A stretch of 64,000 nt of DNA from Eledone cirrhosa (Eukaryota): the NCBI GenBank assembly GCA_964016885.1, contig OZ024743.1:141732001-141796000 (forward strand), written 5' to 3'. A program made the position numbers and the translations under genes. The notes under the pieces were generated by a model. The model did no database searches and had not been told where the DNA came from. It saw only the letters and a program-made list of their open reading frames with translations. This document shows positions 61,096 to 64,000 of the stretch, in pieces (the stretch's first letter is position 1; each line of letters begins with the position of its first letter).

Positions 61096-64000
61096 GTTTG
61101 GTGCTTGCTGCTTGCTGCTTGGTGTTTGGTGCTTGGTGATTGGTGCTTGGTGTTTGTGCTTGGTGCTTGGTGTTTGGTGTTTGGTGCTAGGGGCTTGGTG
61201 CTTGGTGCTTGGTGTTTGGTGCTTGGTGCTTGCTGTTTGGTGCTTGGTGTTTGGTGATTGGTGTTTGGGGCTTGGTGTTCGGTGCTTGGTGCTTGGTGCT
61301 TGGGGCTTGGTGTTTGGTGTTTGGTGCTTGGTGCTTGGTGTTTGATGTTGGGTCCTTGGTGCTTGGTGTTTGGTGTTTGGTGTTTGGTGTTTGGTGTTTG
61401 GTGCTTGGTGCTTGGTGTTTGGTGTTTGGTGCTTGGTGCTTGGGGCTTGGTGTTTGGTGCTTGGTGCTTGGTGTTTGGTGCTTCTGCTTGGGGCTTGGTA
61501 GTTGGTGCTTGGTGCTTGGTGCCTGGTGTTTGGTGTTTCGTGTTTGGTGCTTGGTGTATGGTGCTTGGTGCTTGGTGCTGGGTGGTTGGTGTTTGGTGCT
61601 TGGTGCTTGGTGTTTGGTGCTTGGTGCTTGGTGCTTGTTGTTTGGTGCTTGGTGCTTGGTGCTTGGTCTTTGGTGCATGGTGTTTGGTGTTTGGCGCTTG
61701 GTGCTTGGTGCTTCGTGATTGGTGCTTGGTGCTTGGTGTTTGGTGCTTGGTGCTTGGTGATTAGTGTTTGTTGCTTGGTGCTTGGGGTTTGGTGGTTGGT
61801 GCTTGGTGCTTGGTGTTTGGTGTTTGGTGTTTGGTGTTTGGTGTTTGTGGAATGGTGTTTGGTGTTTCGTATTTGGTTTTTGCTGTTTGGTGTTTGGTGT
61901 TTGCTGTTTGGTGTTTGGTGTTTGGTGTTTGGTGCTTGGTGCTTGGTGCTTGGTGTTTGGCGTTTGGTGCTTGGTGCTTGGTGTTTGGTGCTTCGTGCTT
62001 GATGTTTGGTGTTTGGTGCTTGGTGCCTGGTGCTTGTTGTATGGTGTTTGGTGCTTGGTGCTTGGTGTTTGGTGTTTGCTGCTTGGTGTCTGGTGTTTGG
62101 TGCTTGGTGTTTGGTGTTTGGTGCTTGGTGCTTGGTGCTTGGTGTTTGGTGTTTGGTGCTTGGTGCTTGGTGTTTGGTGTTTGGTGCTGGGTGCATGGAG
62201 TTTGGTGCTTGGTGCTTAGTGCTTGGTGTTTGGTGTTTGGTGCTTGGTATTTGGTGTTTGGTGTTTGATGCTTGGTGTGTGGTGCTTGGTGCTTGGTGTT
62301 TTGTGTTTGGTGCTTGGTGCTTGGTGACTGGTGCTTGGTGCTTGGTGCTTGTTGTTTGGTGCTTGGTTCTTGGTGATTAGTGTTTGGTGCTTGGTGCTTG
62401 GTGTTTGGTGCTTGGTGTTTGGTGCTTGGTGCCTGGTGCTTGGTGTTTGGTGTTTGATGCTTGGTGTTTGGTGTTTGGTGTTTGGTACTTGGTGTTCGGT
62501 GCTTGGTGCTTGGTGCTTGGTGCTTGGTGTTTGGTGTTTGGTGCTTGGTGCTTGGTGTTTGATGTTTGGTCCTTGGTGCTTGGTGTTTGGTGTTGTGTGC
62601 TTGGTGCTTGGTGGTTGGTGTTTGGTGCTTGGTGCTTGGTGCTTGGTGTTTGGTGCTTGGTGTTTGATGCTGCGTGCTTGGTGTTTGGTGTTTGGTGCTT
62701 GGTGATTGGTGTTTGGTGTTTGGAGCTTGGTGCCTGGTGCTTGTTGTTTGGTGTTTGGTGCTTGGTGCTTGGTGTTTGGTGTTTGGTGCTTGGTGTTTGG
62801 CGCTTGGTGCTTGGTGTTTGGTGTTTGGTGCTTGGGGTTTGGTGTTTGGTGCTTGGGGTTTGGTGTTTGGTGCTTGGTGCATGGTGTTTGGTGCTTGGTG
62901 CTTGGTGTTTGGTGCTTGGTGCTTTGTGTTTGGTGCTTGGTGTTTGGTGCTTGGTGCTTGGTGCTTGGTGCTTGGTGTTAGGTGTTTGGTGCTTGGTGAT
63001 TGTTGTTTGATGTTAGGTTCTTGGTGCTTGGTGTTTGGTGTTTGGTGCTTGGTGCTTGGTGTTTGGTGTTTGGTGCTTGCTGCTTGGTGCTTGGTGTTTT
63101 GTGTTTGGAGTTTGGTGCTTGGTGTTTGGTGCTTGGTGCTTGGTGTTTGGTGTTTGGTGCCTGGTGCTTGGTGTTTGGTGCTTGGTGTTTGGTGTTTGGT
63201 GATTGGTGCTTGGTGTTTGGTGCTTGGTGCATGGTGCTTGGTGCTTGGTGTTAGGCGTTTGGTGCTTGGTGCTTGGTGTTTGATGTTTGGTCCTTGGTGC
63301 TTGGTGTTTGGTATTTGGTGCTTGGTGCTTGGTGTTTGGTGTTTGGTGCTTGCTGCTTGCTGCTTGGTGTTTGGTGCTAGGGGCTTGGTGCTTGGTGTTT
63401 GATGTTTGGTCCTTGGTGCTTGGTGTTTGGTATTTGGTGCTTGGTGCTTGGTGTTTGGTGTTTGGTGCTTGCTGCTTGCTGCTTGGTGTTTGGTGCTAGG
63501 GGCTTGGTGTTTGGTGCTTGGTGTTTGGTGCTTGGTGTTTGGTGCTTGGTGCCTGGTGATTGGTGTTTGGTGTTTGGTGCTTGGTGTTTGGTGCTTGGTG
63601 TTTGGTACTTGGTGTTCGGTGCTTGGTGCTTGGTGCTTGGTGTTTGGTGTTTGGTGCTTGGTGCTTGGTGCTTGGTGTTTGATGTTTGGTCCTTGGTGCT
63701 TGGTGTTTGGTGTTGTGTGCTTGGTGCTTGGTGCTTGGTGTTTGGTGCTTGGTGCTTGGTGCTTGGTGTTTGGCGTTTGCTGTTTGCTGTTTGGTGTTTG
63801 GTGTTTGCTGTTTGGTGTTTGCTGTTTGGTGTTTGGTGTTTGGTGCTTGCTGTTTGGTGCTTGGTGCTTGGTGTTTGGTGTTTGGTGCTTGGTGTTTGGT
63901 GCTTGGTGCTTGGTGCTGGGTGTTTGGTGCTTGGTGCTTGGTGTTTGGTGCTTGGTGCTTGGTGCTTGGTGTTTGGTCCTTGGTGCTTGGTGCTTGGTGT

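Larger units (their letters stand above)
1..64000 (+). repeat. Satellite DNA array, 7-bp monomer TTGGTGY (TTGGTGC and TTGGTGT interspersed), about 9,145 monomers in one orientation, running off both window ends
   Basis: Every line consists of TTGGTGC/TTGGTGT with scattered point variants. Monomers start at position 3 (3 mod 7) and the last is at 63994-64000 (0 mod 7), matching the 17 hexameric monomers found: (63998+17)/7 = 9145. The plus strand is G/T-rich and almost A-free, with no inverted block. Confidence 0.99.
43560..64000 (+). repeat. HOR family B: 3,239 bp unit (463 monomers including two hexamers) in near-identical copies, with a 13,700 bp super-period
   Basis: The marker TTGTGGA-ATGGTGT (GAATGG) lies at 44911, 48150, 53440, 56679 and 61850 (spacings 3239, 5290, 3239, 5171). 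Hexamer TTGTGC lies at 44215/47454/52744/55983/61154 and TTCTGC at 44543/47782/53072/56311/61482. Confidence 0.95.

Noticed and set aside
1849-63256. Canonical telomere motifs (TTAGG, TAGGGG) seen in variants such as GTTAGGT and CTAGGGGC
   Set aside because: They are isolated single variant monomers and never tandem, so they are not a TTAGG, TTAGGG or TTTAGGG tract.
17-63499. Hundreds of plus-strand hydrophobic WCLV(L/F)G(A/V) ORFs resembling membrane proteins
   Set aside because: They overlap in all three frames, mostly use TTG/GTG starts supplied by the repeat, and end at variant monomers (TGA/TAG). They are translation artefacts.
1-64000. CRISPR array or diversity-generating cassette
   Set aside because: There are no unique spacers between constant repeats, and no cas, reverse transcriptase or recombinase genes. 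Variation consists of point changes within a 7-mer.
1-64000. Cyanobacterial STRR-type heptamer repeats (e.g. TT(G/T)GTCA)
   Set aside because: The monomer differs, and those elements are short intergenic or intragenic runs. A gene-free array of more than 64 kb with kb-scale HORs does not fit.
1-64000. Low-complexity sequencing or assembly noise
   Set aside because: Rare variants and the C/T string recur exactly at fixed kb offsets with nested private changes, which random error would not produce. The copy number of the near-identical units still needs read validation.

Overview
The whole 64 kb is one uninterrupted, single-orientation satellite array of the heptamer TTGGTG(C/T) (minus strand (A/G)CACCAA). 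I see no genes, RNA genes, transposons or unique DNA. All listed ORFs are translation artefacts of a stop-free 7-mer (plus strand WCLV(L/F)G(A/V), minus strand TKHQ(A/T)P(S/N)). Register counting gives 9,145 monomers plus 2 bases, with 17 visible 6-bp monomers that trace to only three ancestral 1-bp deletions. Every other length change I measured is a multiple of 7. Rare variant monomers reveal layered higher-order repeats (HORs): a left family of about five ~3.8-5.0 kb copies (to ~23.5 kb), a heterogeneous middle zone (offsets 3,374, 1,757 and 2,471 bp), a 4,653/4,674 bp duplication (35-44.7 kb), and a young 3,239 bp HOR (43.6-64 kb). The 3,239 bp family is interrupted by a 2,051 bp mosaic insert and a 1,932 bp local duplication, which together give a 13,700 bp super-period. 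This looks like eukaryotic heterochromatic, centromeric or telomere-associated satellite (inference), and I cannot identify the organism. I find no evidence for a novel protein-coding system. The interest lies in the repeat architecture. Block boundaries are approximate; offsets come from marker motifs and paired ORF coordinates.
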